DNA of 27,146 nucleotides from a virus (Duplodnaviria; Heunggongvirae; Uroviricota; Caudoviricetes): IMG/VR virus record IMGVR_UViG_2531839485_000010; one strand, 5' to 3'. Shown piece by piece: positions 1 to 7,676 of this stretch (position 1 is its first letter; each line of letters starts with the position of its first letter). The notes under the pieces were generated by a model. It saw only the letters and a program-made list of their open reading frames with translations, ran no database searches and was not told where the DNA came from. The position numbers and the translations under genes were made by a program.

Positions 1-1152
1 ATGCTCACCGTTAAGCAGATTGAAGCAGCAAAGCCGAAAGAAAAACCATACCGCCTTCTCGATGGTAATGGCCTGTACCTTTATGTCCCTGTATCCGGGA
101 AAAAGGTATGGCAGCTTCGCTACAAGATTGACGGTAAGGAGAAAATCCTGACCGTCGGAAAATATCCGCTTATGACTTTGCAGGAAGCAAGGGATAAGGC
201 ATGGACTGCGAGGAAAGACATCTCGGTTGGCATCGATCCGGTAAAGGCGAAAAAGGCTTCGTCTAACAACAATTCATTTAGTGCGATTTACAAGGAATGG
301 TACGAGCACAAGAAGCAAGTCTGGTCAGTAGGCTATGCAACTGAACTTGCAAAAATGTTTGATGACGACATTTTACCTATCATCGGCGGCCTTGAAATTC
401 AGGATATTGAGCCGATGCAACTGCTGGAAGTAATCCGCAGATTTGAAGATCGCGGTGCAATGGAGCGAGCCAACAAAGCCCGCAGAAGATGCGGCGAGGT
501 TTTCCGTTACGCTATTGTCACTGGTAGGGCTAAATATAACCCGGCACCTGACCTTGCTGACGCCATGAAGGGATACCGCAAGAAGAACTTCCCGTTCCTT
601 CCAGCAGACCAGATCCCTGCATTCAACAAAGCACTGGAAACATTTTCAGGAAGTATCGTATCGCTCATTGCGACAAAAGTTTTACGCTACACAGCCCTAA
701 GAACGAAAGAGCTTCGTTCCATGCTATGGAAGAACGTCGATTTTGAAAACAGGATTATCACCATCGACGCCAGTGTGATGAAGGGACGCAAAATTCATGT
801 GGTTCCTATGTCAGACCAGGTGGTTGAACTTCTCACTACGCTAAGCTCAATCACCAAACCAGTATCAGAGTTTGTTTTTGCCGGGCGCAACGATAAGAAG
901 AAGCCAATTTGCGAGAACGCTGTACTGCTTGTGATCAAACAAATCGGCTATGAAGGGCTGGAAAGCGGTCACGGATTCAGGCATGAATTCAGCACGATTA
1001 TGAACGAGCACGAATGGCCTGCTGATGCTATTGAAGTGCAACTGGCACATGCCAACGGCGGATCTGTGCGCGGTATTTACAACCATGCGCAGTATCTCGA
1101 TAAGCGCAGGGAGATGATGCAGTGGTGGGCGGACTGGATTGATGGGAAATGA
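1..1152 (+). CDS. int: Tyrosine integrase, P4-type (arm-binding N-terminal domain plus catalytic C-terminal domain)
   Basis: 383 aa ORF. N-terminus KPKEKPYRLLDGNGLYLYVPVSGKKVWQLRYK matches the DUF4102-type arm-binding domain of P4-family integrases; C-terminus has HGFRHEF (H-x-x-R) and RGIYNHAQY (catalytic Tyr region). ATG is at window position 1, so the true start could lie upstream. Confidence 0.9.
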   Translation: MLTVKQIEAAKPKEKPYRLLDGNGLYLYVPVSGKKVWQLRYKIDGKEKILTVGKYPLMTLQEARDKAWTARKDISVGIDPVKAKKASSNNNSFSAIYKEWYEHKKQVWSVGYATELAKMFDDDILPIIGGLEIQDIEPMQLLEVIRRFEDRGAMERANKARRRCGEVFRYAIVTGRAKYNPAPDLADAMKGYRKKNFPFLPADQIPAFNKALETFSGSIVSLIATKVLRYTALRTKELRSMLWKNVDFENRIITIDASVMKGRKIHVVPMSDQVVELLTTLSSITKPVSEFVFAGRNDKKKPICENAVLLVIKQIGYEGLESGHGFRHEFSTIMNEHEWPADAIEVQLAHANGGSVRGIYNHAQYLDKRREMMQWWADWIDGK

Positions 1153-1154
1153 TT

Positions 1155-1190
1155 AGACATTTTCTCTAGAAAATGTCTGCGCGCTTTTCA
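1155..1190 (+). terminator. Perfect 10-bp inverted repeat (AGACATTTTC-tcta-GAAAATGTCT) 3 nt after the int stop, followed by GCGCGCTTTT; candidate int terminator or sib-like processing site
   Basis: Read directly: arms 1155-1164 and 1169-1178, loop TCTA, T-run 1185-1188. Confidence 0.45.
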
Positions 1191-1307
1191 CTCAACTTTA
1201 TTTCCACACTATAAAAACACAGAATCATAAGGAAAATTTGGAGGTATCTACAAAACTTGATAATATCGTGACATTTTCACAAACAGAGCAACAGGATAGT
1301 AGCCAAG

Positions 1308-2365
1308 ATGAAATCTAGCACCAAACAAGATGTAGGGATACAATATTTAAGGGGGGTATCTGCTTTATATGTCGTATTTTTCCATTTTAGAGAGTTTTTA
1401 GATAATTTTTTGCCAATAGCTATGTTGGGTCAAAAATTTTTTAGCAATGGCGCTTTCGGTGTTGATATGTTTTTTATAATTAGCGGATATATTATTTCTC
1501 TTTCAACAGAAAAAAAGACAACTCAATTGTTAAGGGATATATCATAAAAAGATTTTTCAGAATATATCCTGCTTATTTCATAGCACTCTCTATTTTGATT
1601 ATTTTATCCCCAATAAAATATTCTCACCATGATATTTTACGTTCATTTATGATGATCCACCCTGATTATCAATATAATGCACCTTACTTTGGCTATGGTG
1701 TACTATTTACAGCATGGACATTAACATACGAGATATATTTTTATATAATATTTCTAATAGGTATGTTTTTCTCACACAAACATCGCATTATATTTACATC
1801 AACAATTGCAATATTTGCTATGATATCAATACAGCTTATTTTCAACAAATCAATAAACATTTTCCATCAGGAACAAATTAAAAATGGCGCAGGGATATTG
1901 AATGTCCCAGGAAATATAATGGTTATAGACTTTATATATGGAATGTTTATTTATAAGATTAGAAATCATTTAAAATTAAATAAATATTCTATCGCAATAT
2001 CATTTTTACTTATATCAATTGGATTTATAACAATACAATCAGGAGTAAACGCTGGGCATGGTCCACTGCAATACGGGCTTTACTCCCTAATGATTGTTCT
2101 AGGGGTTGTTATGTACGAGAAAAATAACAAAATTACCGAGATTAAGCCATTGGTTTTTCTTGGAGATATCTCATACTCAGTTTATTTGTATCATGTGATA
2201 ATTGCTACATGTGCATATTCACTCCTATTAAAAATAGGATTTTCAGGATTATCTATGTTCTCTATGATGACAGTTTTATCAATATTTCTTGCGTATATTT
2301 CATATGTTTTAATTGAAGTTCCATCAGTTAAGGTAGGGCATTTAATGTTAAAAAAACAAACGTAA
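1308..2365 (+). pseudogene. oac: Acyltransferase family 3 (O-antigen acetylase, Oac-like) integral membrane protein, split by a frameshift (fragments 1308..1547 and 1595..2365)
   Basis: Fragment 1 (GVDMFFIISGYIIS) and fragment 2 (upstream extension reads KRFFRIYPAYF, then many hydrophobic helices) together give about 335 aa, the size of acyltransferase-3 enzymes. The frames rejoin if the A7 run at 1510-1516 is read as A8. Region is strongly AT-rich compared with the phage structural genes. Sits between int and tailspike as oac does in Sf6. Confidence 0.7.
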
Positions 2366-2447
2366 GGTTAAATATTAAAAATGTTCTTCATGGACAATAG
2401 TAAAATACCACCTCCTGAGGAGTTTGTTTAGGGATAACAATAAAAAT

Positions 2448-2474
2448 AGGCATCCAAAATGAATGCCTTTTTTA
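2448..2474. terminator. Bidirectional intrinsic terminator between convergent oac and tailspike
   Basis: Stem AGGCAT (2448-2453) / ATGCCT (2463-2468), loop CCAAAATGA, flanked by an A-run upstream and TTTTTT downstream; ends immediately before the tailspike stop codon (2475-2477). Confidence 0.5.
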
Positions 2475-4298
2475 TTACTGAATAAGATAAGCAAAAAAGC
2501 TACAGGCCAATTCGCCAGAAGTGTTGTCTCTTACTATTTTTATAGTATTATCGACGACGCCTGCTGAAATATTTGTTGCAACATCAGTTGATGTCGCAAT
2601 CACACCAATAGACGATGTATTTTGAATTGATTTTATTGTTAGAGGAATTTGTACTGATGCAGATCCATCGGGAATGATAATTATTCCTGTTTGTTTATCT
2701 GGATGGCTTGGTGAATCATTATTTATGAGCCTGCAGTTTGTTGGGCCTACGCTCGCCCCTCCATTAATGACTGTATTATATAGATATGCACTAGCACCAC
2801 CACCTGCATTATCAAAAATGGAAATATCTGCCGCCCTGCCACTAGTAAGAGTGCAATTAATTACCCTTACATTCGTTACTGAGTTGACAAGAAGATCCCC
2901 GAGTTGTTCATCTACGAGGTTGTTATATTGGATGATGCAATTGTTTAGAGTTACATTAGAAGGTGAAAATATGTTCTTTGTTATTTCCACCCCCCATTTT
3001 CTACTGTCTGAAAATATAGAACCAACAGCGGTAAACATATCACTTGAGCCTTCAATAATTGCACAAGATGATGTTGAAGAGTTAGATGAAAAATACCCAC
3101 CAATCACCGTTGCTTGTTTACTGTCCTTTACTCTTAGAGCAGGACCAGTAGCAAGATCTGACATAACGTCAATCAACCATGTCCAATCCACCCCATCAAT
3201 ATCTATTGCTGATAGACCAGCGTCTTCGTAACCGCATGAATAAAATAAGTCACCATGCAACTTAAGCCCCTCTGTAATTGTTGAGACATCTTTTTTTTCA
3301 CATCTAGCATAAAACCCGGAATAACAATCTGAGTATGTATTCATAAGCATTCTTGAGTTTATTTGCCCGCCTTCAAATCTTATGCCCCAACTGCTAGCTG
3401 CAAACCTGTTATGTCTAATATCAAGCTCAGCTGCAGAATACCCTGATGGTGAATATATGCATGCGTTTAAAAAAGAAAATGAACACTCTTCTATCGTAAT
3501 AAGAGCACTCTTAATTAGAAAGCCAACACAATTACTTCCACTCTTTCCATATTTTGATGTAATGTTTAACCCATAAAATCGACTAAACTCAGAACCTTTT
3601 AATAAAATAAAGCAAGCATCTCCGTTTTTTAATTGCGCAATTACACTAAGTTTTTTAGAATCTCCATAAATACAAACCACGCTGTCTATTTCAATATTAG
3701 AAATGTAATACGGTAGGTTATTTCCTGGAACATAAATTTTTTTTGTTTTAGAGCTATCACTCTTAATGGCTTGTATGGCCGAATTAAATGCAGCGCTACA
3801 ATCAGTTCCAGGGATGGCTCCAAAATCAGTTATGCTAATAATCTCTTCATTTTTATCATGTTGTGTAGTGGTTATAGATCCGTCATGCGGCTGCTTTACG
3901 AAAACAACGTGATCATTAACAAGACCTGTTAATGTATCTGATTGTAGTTCACGTTTCAGCATATCAGGGTCATACTTCAGCACATTCGGAAAATAGAACT
4001 GCTGCGAACCGTACGCATCATAAACAGCCATAGAATGGCCTTGCACAGTTACGAACTTGGCAATCTGTCCGTTATATACGGGGTAACCTGCAGCGTTAAT
4101 GATGATTGGTTGCGATACAGGAACGTGAGAGCCGTCTTCGTTCTCTACATAAACCTGAATCTGGTTTTCAGAATTTACCGGGTCAGTGTCAATTTTACCG
4201 ATATAAATTTTGCCATTGGCTACGGCTTTAAAAGAACGAGCCATAGTGAAGAGTTGCGAAGGCATACTCACTACAACATTGGCTGTAATGTCTGTCAT
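2475..4298 (-). CDS. Tailspike protein: conserved P22/Sf6-type N-terminal head-binding domain plus divergent beta-helix receptor-binding (probable polysaccharide depolymerase) domain
   Basis: N-terminal about 120 aa ([42 protein letters not shown]...VLKYDPD) closely match the P22 gp9 / Sf6 tailspike head-binding domain as recalled. The remainder has an ITDFGA-type motif typical of right-handed beta-helix glycanases. SD GGAG 9 nt upstream of ATG. Confidence 0.9.
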   Translation of the reverse strand: MTDITANVVVSMPSQLFTMARSFKAVANGKIYIGKIDTDPVNSENQIQVYVENEDGSHVPVSQPIIINAAGYPVYNGQIAKFVTVQGHSMAVYDAYGSQQFYFPNVLKYDPDMLKRELQSDTLTGLVNDHVVFVKQPHDGSITTTQHDKNEEIISITDFGAIPGTDCSAAFNSAIQAIKSDSSKTKKIYVPGNNLPYYISNIEIDSVVCIYGDSKKLSVIAQLKNGDACFILLKGSEFSRFYGLNITSKYGKSGSNCVGFLIKSALITIEECSFSFLNACIYSPSGYSAAELDIRHNRFAASSWGIRFEGGQINSRMLMNTYSDCYSGFYARCEKKDVSTITEGLKLHGDLFYSCGYEDAGLSAIDIDGVDWTWLIDVMSDLATGPALRVKDSKQATVIGGYFSSNSSTSSCAIIEGSSDMFTAVGSIFSDSRKWGVEITKNIFSPSNVTLNNCIIQYNNLVDEQLGDLLVNSVTNVRVINCTLTSGRAADISIFDNAGGGASAYLYNTVINGGASVGPTNCRLINNDSPSHPDKQTGIIIIPDGSASVQIPLTIKSIQNTSSIGVIATSTDVATNISAGVVDNTIKIVRDNTSGELACSFFAYLIQ

Positions 4299-4325
4299 TT
4301 AATTTGCTCCAGATACAAGGAATGG

Positions 4326-4342
4326 CCGCAGCATGGCTACGG
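4326..4342 (-). other. Predicted RNA hairpin in the tailspike leader (CCGUAGC-CAU-GCUGCGG on the mRNA strand); arms recur upstream of the holin gene
   Basis: Seven-bp stem including one G-U pair, triloop, about 30 nt upstream of the tailspike ATG. A degenerate copy of the 5' arm (CACCGTAGCCACGCT) lies at 4440-4456. Confidence 0.4.
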
Positions 4343-4394
4343 TGAGTTTTTTGTGATAAAACAACTTTTTCGGAAGTTATTTTGTTCGCTTTTC

Positions 4395-4417
4395 GACCTA
4401 CACTTTTTGTGTAGGTC
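4395..4417. repeat. Perfect 9-bp inverted repeat GACCTACAC-ttttt-GTGTAGGTC in the ant-tailspike intergenic region
   Basis: Read directly from sequence. Confidence 0.5.
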
Positions 4418-4465
4418 TCTCCTTCAAGCTCATTGCCTAAGCGTGGCTACGGTGAATTTTGGGCA

Positions 4466-4491
4466 TAAAAAAACCCAGCCGAAGCTGGGTC
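4466..4491 (-). terminator. Intrinsic terminator downstream of ant (minus strand)
   Basis: On the minus strand GACCCAGC-uucg-GCUGGGUUUUUUU: 6-bp GC-rich stem with a UUCG tetraloop and a U7 tract, 18 nt after the ant stop. Confidence 0.65.
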
Positions 4492-4508
4492 GTTGCGTTG
4501 GTTATCTG

Positions 4509-5438
4509 TCAGTAGTTATGTACTGAAGGAGGTAATTCTTTATTCTTAAGTCTCATCCATGCGGAAAGATTCGTTGGTCCGTCTGGCTCATTAATATCAA
4601 CATCTCGTGTGTGGTTTATTAAAACGTCTCTCGCCATTCCGATAACATACGAGAACTCATGACCGTAGTCGTAGCATCTGCCGGAATAGTTCGATTGAAT
4701 TTGTTTTAGCGCCGGATACAGTTCGCGGAATAATGCCTGTGAGCGGTTGGCATAATCCCATAACCATACAAGGCTGTTTGCTTCTTTTGCAGAAAGCTCG
4801 TTGGTTTTCTTCTCTTGTTTGCCAATGAACTCACCTTCAAGTGGAACTCGAGCTGCAAGTGACAGTGCTTCGGTAAACTGCTCCTCACTGATTTCTTTGT
4901 ACGAACATCCAAAATGGGATTTCAGTGACGACCACATGGTGATCATCGCCTTAGCCTGTTTTTCTTTTGGCAGAGACTGACCGCGACTCATGACAAGTTG
5001 TTTAATGGCTTCCTGCTGTTCAGTGGTGATTTTACCCGGCAACGCCTTTTTAGCTTTGCGTGGGTTAACTACATGGCCTTTAGTCCAGTACTCGTAGAGA
5101 ACATCGTCACACTCTTCCTGATACTGGATTACCTTGTCGCGGATTTCATGGCGGACTTTGTTAGGACTGATGGTTTGCAGCCAGCCAGCAAGTTTACGAA
5201 GTGCCAAACAAATAATCTCACGGCACTGTTCATCACCAGGAAGCTGCATTGTGATTTTCACAATGGAGGTTTTAAACCGTTACTTTATTTTCGTAAACTG
5301 TGAAGCCCAATCCATACCCATGCCTTCAACGATAGGTTTCATTGGGGTGTACGGCTCACCGTTGTGATTGACAACATAAAGCTCTGCGCCGTGGAATGGT
5401 ACATTGATAGTAGATACTGCTGTTGCTATACTTTTCAT
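4509..5438 (-). pseudogene. ant: Antirepressor (Ant-like) gene interrupted by an in-frame TAA at 5280..5282; N-terminal 52 codons (5283..5438) plus a 250-aa ORF (4509..5261)
   Basis: Position between arc and tailspike is as in P22 immI. ATG at 5438 has an AGGA SD; the N-terminal 52 codons (MKSIATAVSTINVPFHGAELYVVNHNGEPYTPMKPIVEGMGMDWASQFTKIK) are in the same frame as the 250-aa ORF, separated only by one TAA. The internal ATG at 5261 has no SD (preceded by CCTCC). Total 310 codons, about the size of P22 Ant. Confidence 0.6.
5404..5432 (+). promoter_or_regulatory. Near-consensus sigma-70 promoter antisense to the ant 5' end (TTGATA-17 bp-TATACT); candidate Psar
   Basis: -35 TTGATA at 5404-5409, 17-bp spacer, -10 TATACT at 5427-5432; predicted start about 5439, exactly opposite the ant start codon and SD. 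Confidence 0.45.
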
Positions 5439-5515
5439 GTCGTTAATTCCTATGCGTGGTTTTACGATACCGAAGCCCTGACTGTTACCGCAGTTGGGGC
5501 TTCAACGTTTTGATT
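5439..5515 (+). ncRNA. Candidate sar-like small antisense RNA covering the ant ribosome-binding site, ending at a hairpin plus T-tract
   Basis: Downstream of the promoter above, a hairpin (GAAGCCC 5472-5478 / GGGCTTC 5497-5503, with inner ACTG/CAGT pairing) is followed by AACGTTTTGATTTCTTT. The 230-bp arc-ant spacer has no ORF on either strand. By analogy with P22 sar RNA; not verified. Confidence 0.35.
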
Positions 5516-5671
5516 TCTTTGCCGCATCAAGCATCACTTCTGAAAACGTGCGCTTGCCACTGAATACTCTTTCTCTTCTCAATTTTTCGTTCGTGCCAAA
5601 TGATTCGCCATGAACAAAATTTGGTCTTAAAATGGTAATCGCAATCTCTTTGACTACTGCATCCAAGCGAA

Positions 5672-5824
5672 TCACACCGTTATCCCCTCTCTCTTCAGGC
5701 TGTCTATCAGGCGCTTGATAACCTCTGAGTTAAACGACCTGCACTCTTCCTTTGCCCTGCTACCGATAGCATCCTTTAACGACTGCGGCATCCTTACCAA
5801 AATCTTACTTATTTCGTTCTCCAT
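5672..5824 (-). CDS. arc: Arc-like ribbon-helix-helix repressor
   Basis: 50 aa from the internal ATG (MENEISKILVRMPQSLKDAIGSRAKEECRSFNSEVIKRLIDSLKREG), which has a GGAGGG SD; resembles P22 Arc (...NGRSVNSEIYQRVMESFKKEG) as recalled. The ORF track start at 5860 is probably too long. Confidence 0.75.
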   Translation of the reverse strand: MENEISKILVRMPQSLKDAIGSRAKEECRSFNSEVIKRLIDSLKREGITV

Positions 5825-5938
5825 GTTACCCTCCACACAAACAACTCTTTTCGAATACAAAAGATAGCAAAGTGAGTATATCTAGTCAAAATTTTTTTGC
5901 ATACACTTTGATATCAAATTGAATACCAAAGGTGTGAT
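5825..5938. promoter_or_regulatory. Divergent promoter/operator region between arc and mnt (Pant-like and Pmnt-like) containing the 12-bp perfect palindrome TTTGATATCAAA
   Basis: Minus-strand promoter candidate: -35 TTGACT (complement of 5884-5889), 17-bp spacer, -10 TATCTT (complement of 5861-5866), about 35 nt before the arc ATG. Palindrome at 5907-5918. The plus-strand promoter for mnt is less clear. Confidence 0.5.
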
Positions 5939-6187
5939 ATGGCAAAGGGTGTGTCAATTTCTCCAACTACGGTAAGAATCCCTGAATCTTTACGCGAGGC
6001 TCTTGCTGTCAGAGCATCAAAAAATGGTCGCTCTGTTAACTCCGAGATCGTCATGATTTTGCAAGCCGCGATTGATGAAGATAGGTCGCCAAAGTCAGTT
6101 GAGTCATTTGCTCAGCAAGAAGCTGACAAATTCAAAGAGGCGCTGCTTGAGACGCTGAAAACCATGTATGGTAAGGATGCAAAATGA
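5939..6187 (+). CDS. mnt: Mnt-like ribbon-helix-helix repressor
   Basis: 82 aa; the N-terminal RHH segment RIPESLREALAVRASKNGRSVNSEIVMILQAAI resembles P22 Mnt (83 aa) and is followed by a helical C-terminal region. Divergent from arc as in P22 immI. Confidence 0.8.
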   Translation: MAKGVSISPTTVRIPESLREALAVRASKNGRSVNSEIVMILQAAIDEDRSPKSVESFAQQEADKFKEALLETLKTMYGKDAK

Positions 6188-6393
6188 ATAAAAAACAGTT
6201 TATTAAGTCAACAACGTCAAGCAAGGAAGAGCTAGAGAAGGAGCTAAACTCCCTGAAATATGCTCTGTGCCTGGTTTACTCAAGACTGCCAATGGAAGAT
6301 AAAAACGCCATTTACAATGAAATGATTAGCAGCCTTGATTTTAACGATAGAGACCTAGCATCCCACCTCAACAGCTTCCGCGTCCCTGAGTAA
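6184..6393 (+). CDS. Hypothetical 69-aa protein, translationally coupled to mnt (ATGA overlap)
   Basis: Start codon overlaps the mnt stop; no recognisable motif. Co-transcription with mnt would imply expression in the lysogen. Confidence 0.45.
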   Translation: MNKKQFIKSTTSSKEELEKELNSLKYALCLVYSRLPMEDKNAIYNEMISSLDFNDRDLASHLNSFRVPE

Positions 6394-6553
6394 TTCTATT
6401 GCGGATTTGCTTCTTACGGTGGTTTAAGCTGGAGAGCTTGGCTTCTGCTTCTGATATTTGCGCATCCAGATCTTTAAGCTCAAGATCTGAAAGTCGCTGG
6501 TCAAGCAGGGTTTGATTCAACTCAATGTTGTTCAGACGTTCTTCTATGGTCAT
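6368..6553 (-). CDS. Hypothetical 61-aa predicted coiled-coil protein
   Basis: Strong SD AAGGAG 5 nt before the ATG. Overlaps the 3' end of the 69-aa ORF convergently, so one of the two may be spurious. Confidence 0.4.
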   Translation of the reverse strand: MTIEERLNNIELNQTLLDQRLSDLELKDLDAQISEAEAKLSSLNHRKKQIRNRITQGRGSC

Positions 6554-6566
6554 GATTACTCCTTAT

Positions 6567-6594
6567 AAAAAACCCACCTGACGGTGGGTTTTAT
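6567..6594. terminator. Bidirectional intrinsic terminator (A6-CCCACC-tgac-GGTGGG-TTTTAT)
   Basis: Perfect 6-bp GC stem flanked by an A-run and a T-run; lies just 3' of the 6597..7583 gene on the minus strand and 3' of the mnt operon on the plus strand. Confidence 0.6.
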
Positions 6595-6596
6595 AA

Positions 6597-7583
6597 TTAG
6601 ATTTCTGGTTTTATTCTTCCAAAAACCTTTTCTATTCCTTTTTCGTATTCTTCTCTTGTCTCGCTCATCGCTGCGACACCAAGAAGCTTACCGATATGCT
6701 GACGCAAAGCCTTGACACCAATTTCAGAAAGGAACAGGTGCAACTTATCAGATTGTTTTCCGTTCTCGTCTCGGCTGGCTCGAATCTGTTCAAGGATTTT
6801 ACCTTTACTCTTTGCTAGCGGAGTGTATATCTGCATGTTGGTTAGTTGCCCAAAACGAATTGGACGTCCTTTCTCTGGCCTGTTCAGGCCGTACAGTCGA
6901 TACCACTCCTCATATAGCTCATCTGGAAATTCCTTTTCATACTGCCTCGCCTCTTCACGAACAAAGGCCTTGAAGGAATCAATAACCTCCTGTACTTCAG
7001 GTCGATATCCTGCAATAGCATAACCAAGTCCTTTAAGCCCTGCTTTCATTGATGCGGTAACAAGTCTTTGGGCAAGGCTGGCAGATTTTGATCTTGAAGG
7101 CGGTAGTGCGCCAGCTCGATCGGCATTAATCATTGCTGTGGCTATATCACCAATAAGGGCAATATCGTAACCGTGAGCCTCATCAGCGAGTGGATTTGGG
7201 GCTGAGTTTGGGACCGGACTTCTCCATTGAAAAATAAGAGGTTTTTTGAATTTTTCTAGCAGAAATGGATCAACAAAATCAGCCATATAATTCGTATTTA
7301 GAAAACGGTCTACATCCCTACCATGCTCACCGATTCCTAGTAATTTAGCCAGACCAGTTTTACTAACTACAACCGTTTTATCATTATCATCAAGTACGTA
7401 ACATTCTGCATCAATGCCGAAATCATCAATGAAGTTACCCTTTCTGATCGCTCTTAGTGGCTTACCTTCCCATCGTTTTGCCGCTGCTTTCTTTGCTATT
7501 TCAGAACGCTGCTCTTTAGTCAGCGACTTTGCGCGAGCGATACCGCCCTTAGCTTTCCCTTCGCCACTTTTCTTTTCAGTCAT
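6597..7583 (-). CDS. Hypothetical soluble protein (about 328 aa) with a Lys/Ala-rich basic N-terminus; accessory (moron) gene of unknown function
   Basis: Long ORF with coding-like composition. Probable start is the internal ATG at 7583 (MTEKKSGEGKAKGGIARAKSLTKEQRSEIAKKAAAKRW...) rather than 7658. I tentatively recall similar proteins annotated as P63C-domain proteins, but cannot confirm this without a search. Confidence 0.6.
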   Translation of the reverse strand: MTEKKSGEGKAKGGIARAKSLTKEQRSEIAKKAAAKRWEGKPLRAIRKGNFIDDFGIDAECYVLDDNDKTVVVSKTGLAKLLGIGEHGRDVDRFLNTNYMADFVDPFLLEKFKKPLIFQWRSPVPNSAPNPLADEAHGYDIALIGDIATAMINADRAGALPPSRSKSASLAQRLVTASMKAGLKGLGYAIAGYRPEVQEVIDSFKAFVREEARQYEKEFPDELYEEWYRLYGLNRPEKGRPIRFGQLTNMQIYTPLAKSKGKILEQIRASRDENGKQSDKLHLFLSEIGVKALRQHIGKLLGVAAMSETREEYEKGIEKVFGRIKPEI

Positions 7584-7676
7584 AATGCAAGCACCTTTGT
7601 TGTGATGTATGCTTGCATTATATGCACTGTACACACATACAAGCAAGCATAAAACCAAAACAAAATGCTTGCATTA
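7583..7676. promoter_or_regulatory. Operator-like repeat array between divergent accessory genes: four copies of the TAATGCAAGCA / TGCTTGCATTA motif in alternating orientation
   Basis: ATAATGCAAGCAC at 7583-7595; ATGCTTGCATTA at 7609-7620 and again exactly at 7665-7676; degenerate AAGCAAGCATAA at 7641-7652. Confidence 0.5.

Noticed and set aside
2674-3231. 185-aa plus-strand ORF inside the tailspike gene
   Set aside because: Antisense to the tailspike coding sequence; no start-site signals or motifs.
4035-4526. 163-aa plus-strand ORF spanning the tailspike 5' end and the ant-tailspike intergenic region
   Set aside because: Runs through a terminator and inverted repeats and is antisense to the tailspike head-binding domain.
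4998-5367. Plus-strand ORFs 4998..5303 and 5134..5367 opposite ant
   Set aside because: Antisense to the antirepressor gene; the only plus-strand signal judged plausible here is the short sar-like RNA, not a protein.
7584-7658. 25-codon N-terminal extension of the 6597..7583 ORF (MVLCLLVCVYSAYNASIHHNKGACI)
   Set aside because: Overlaps the operator-like repeats and is Cys-rich and atypical; the internal ATG at 7583 gives a more plausible start.
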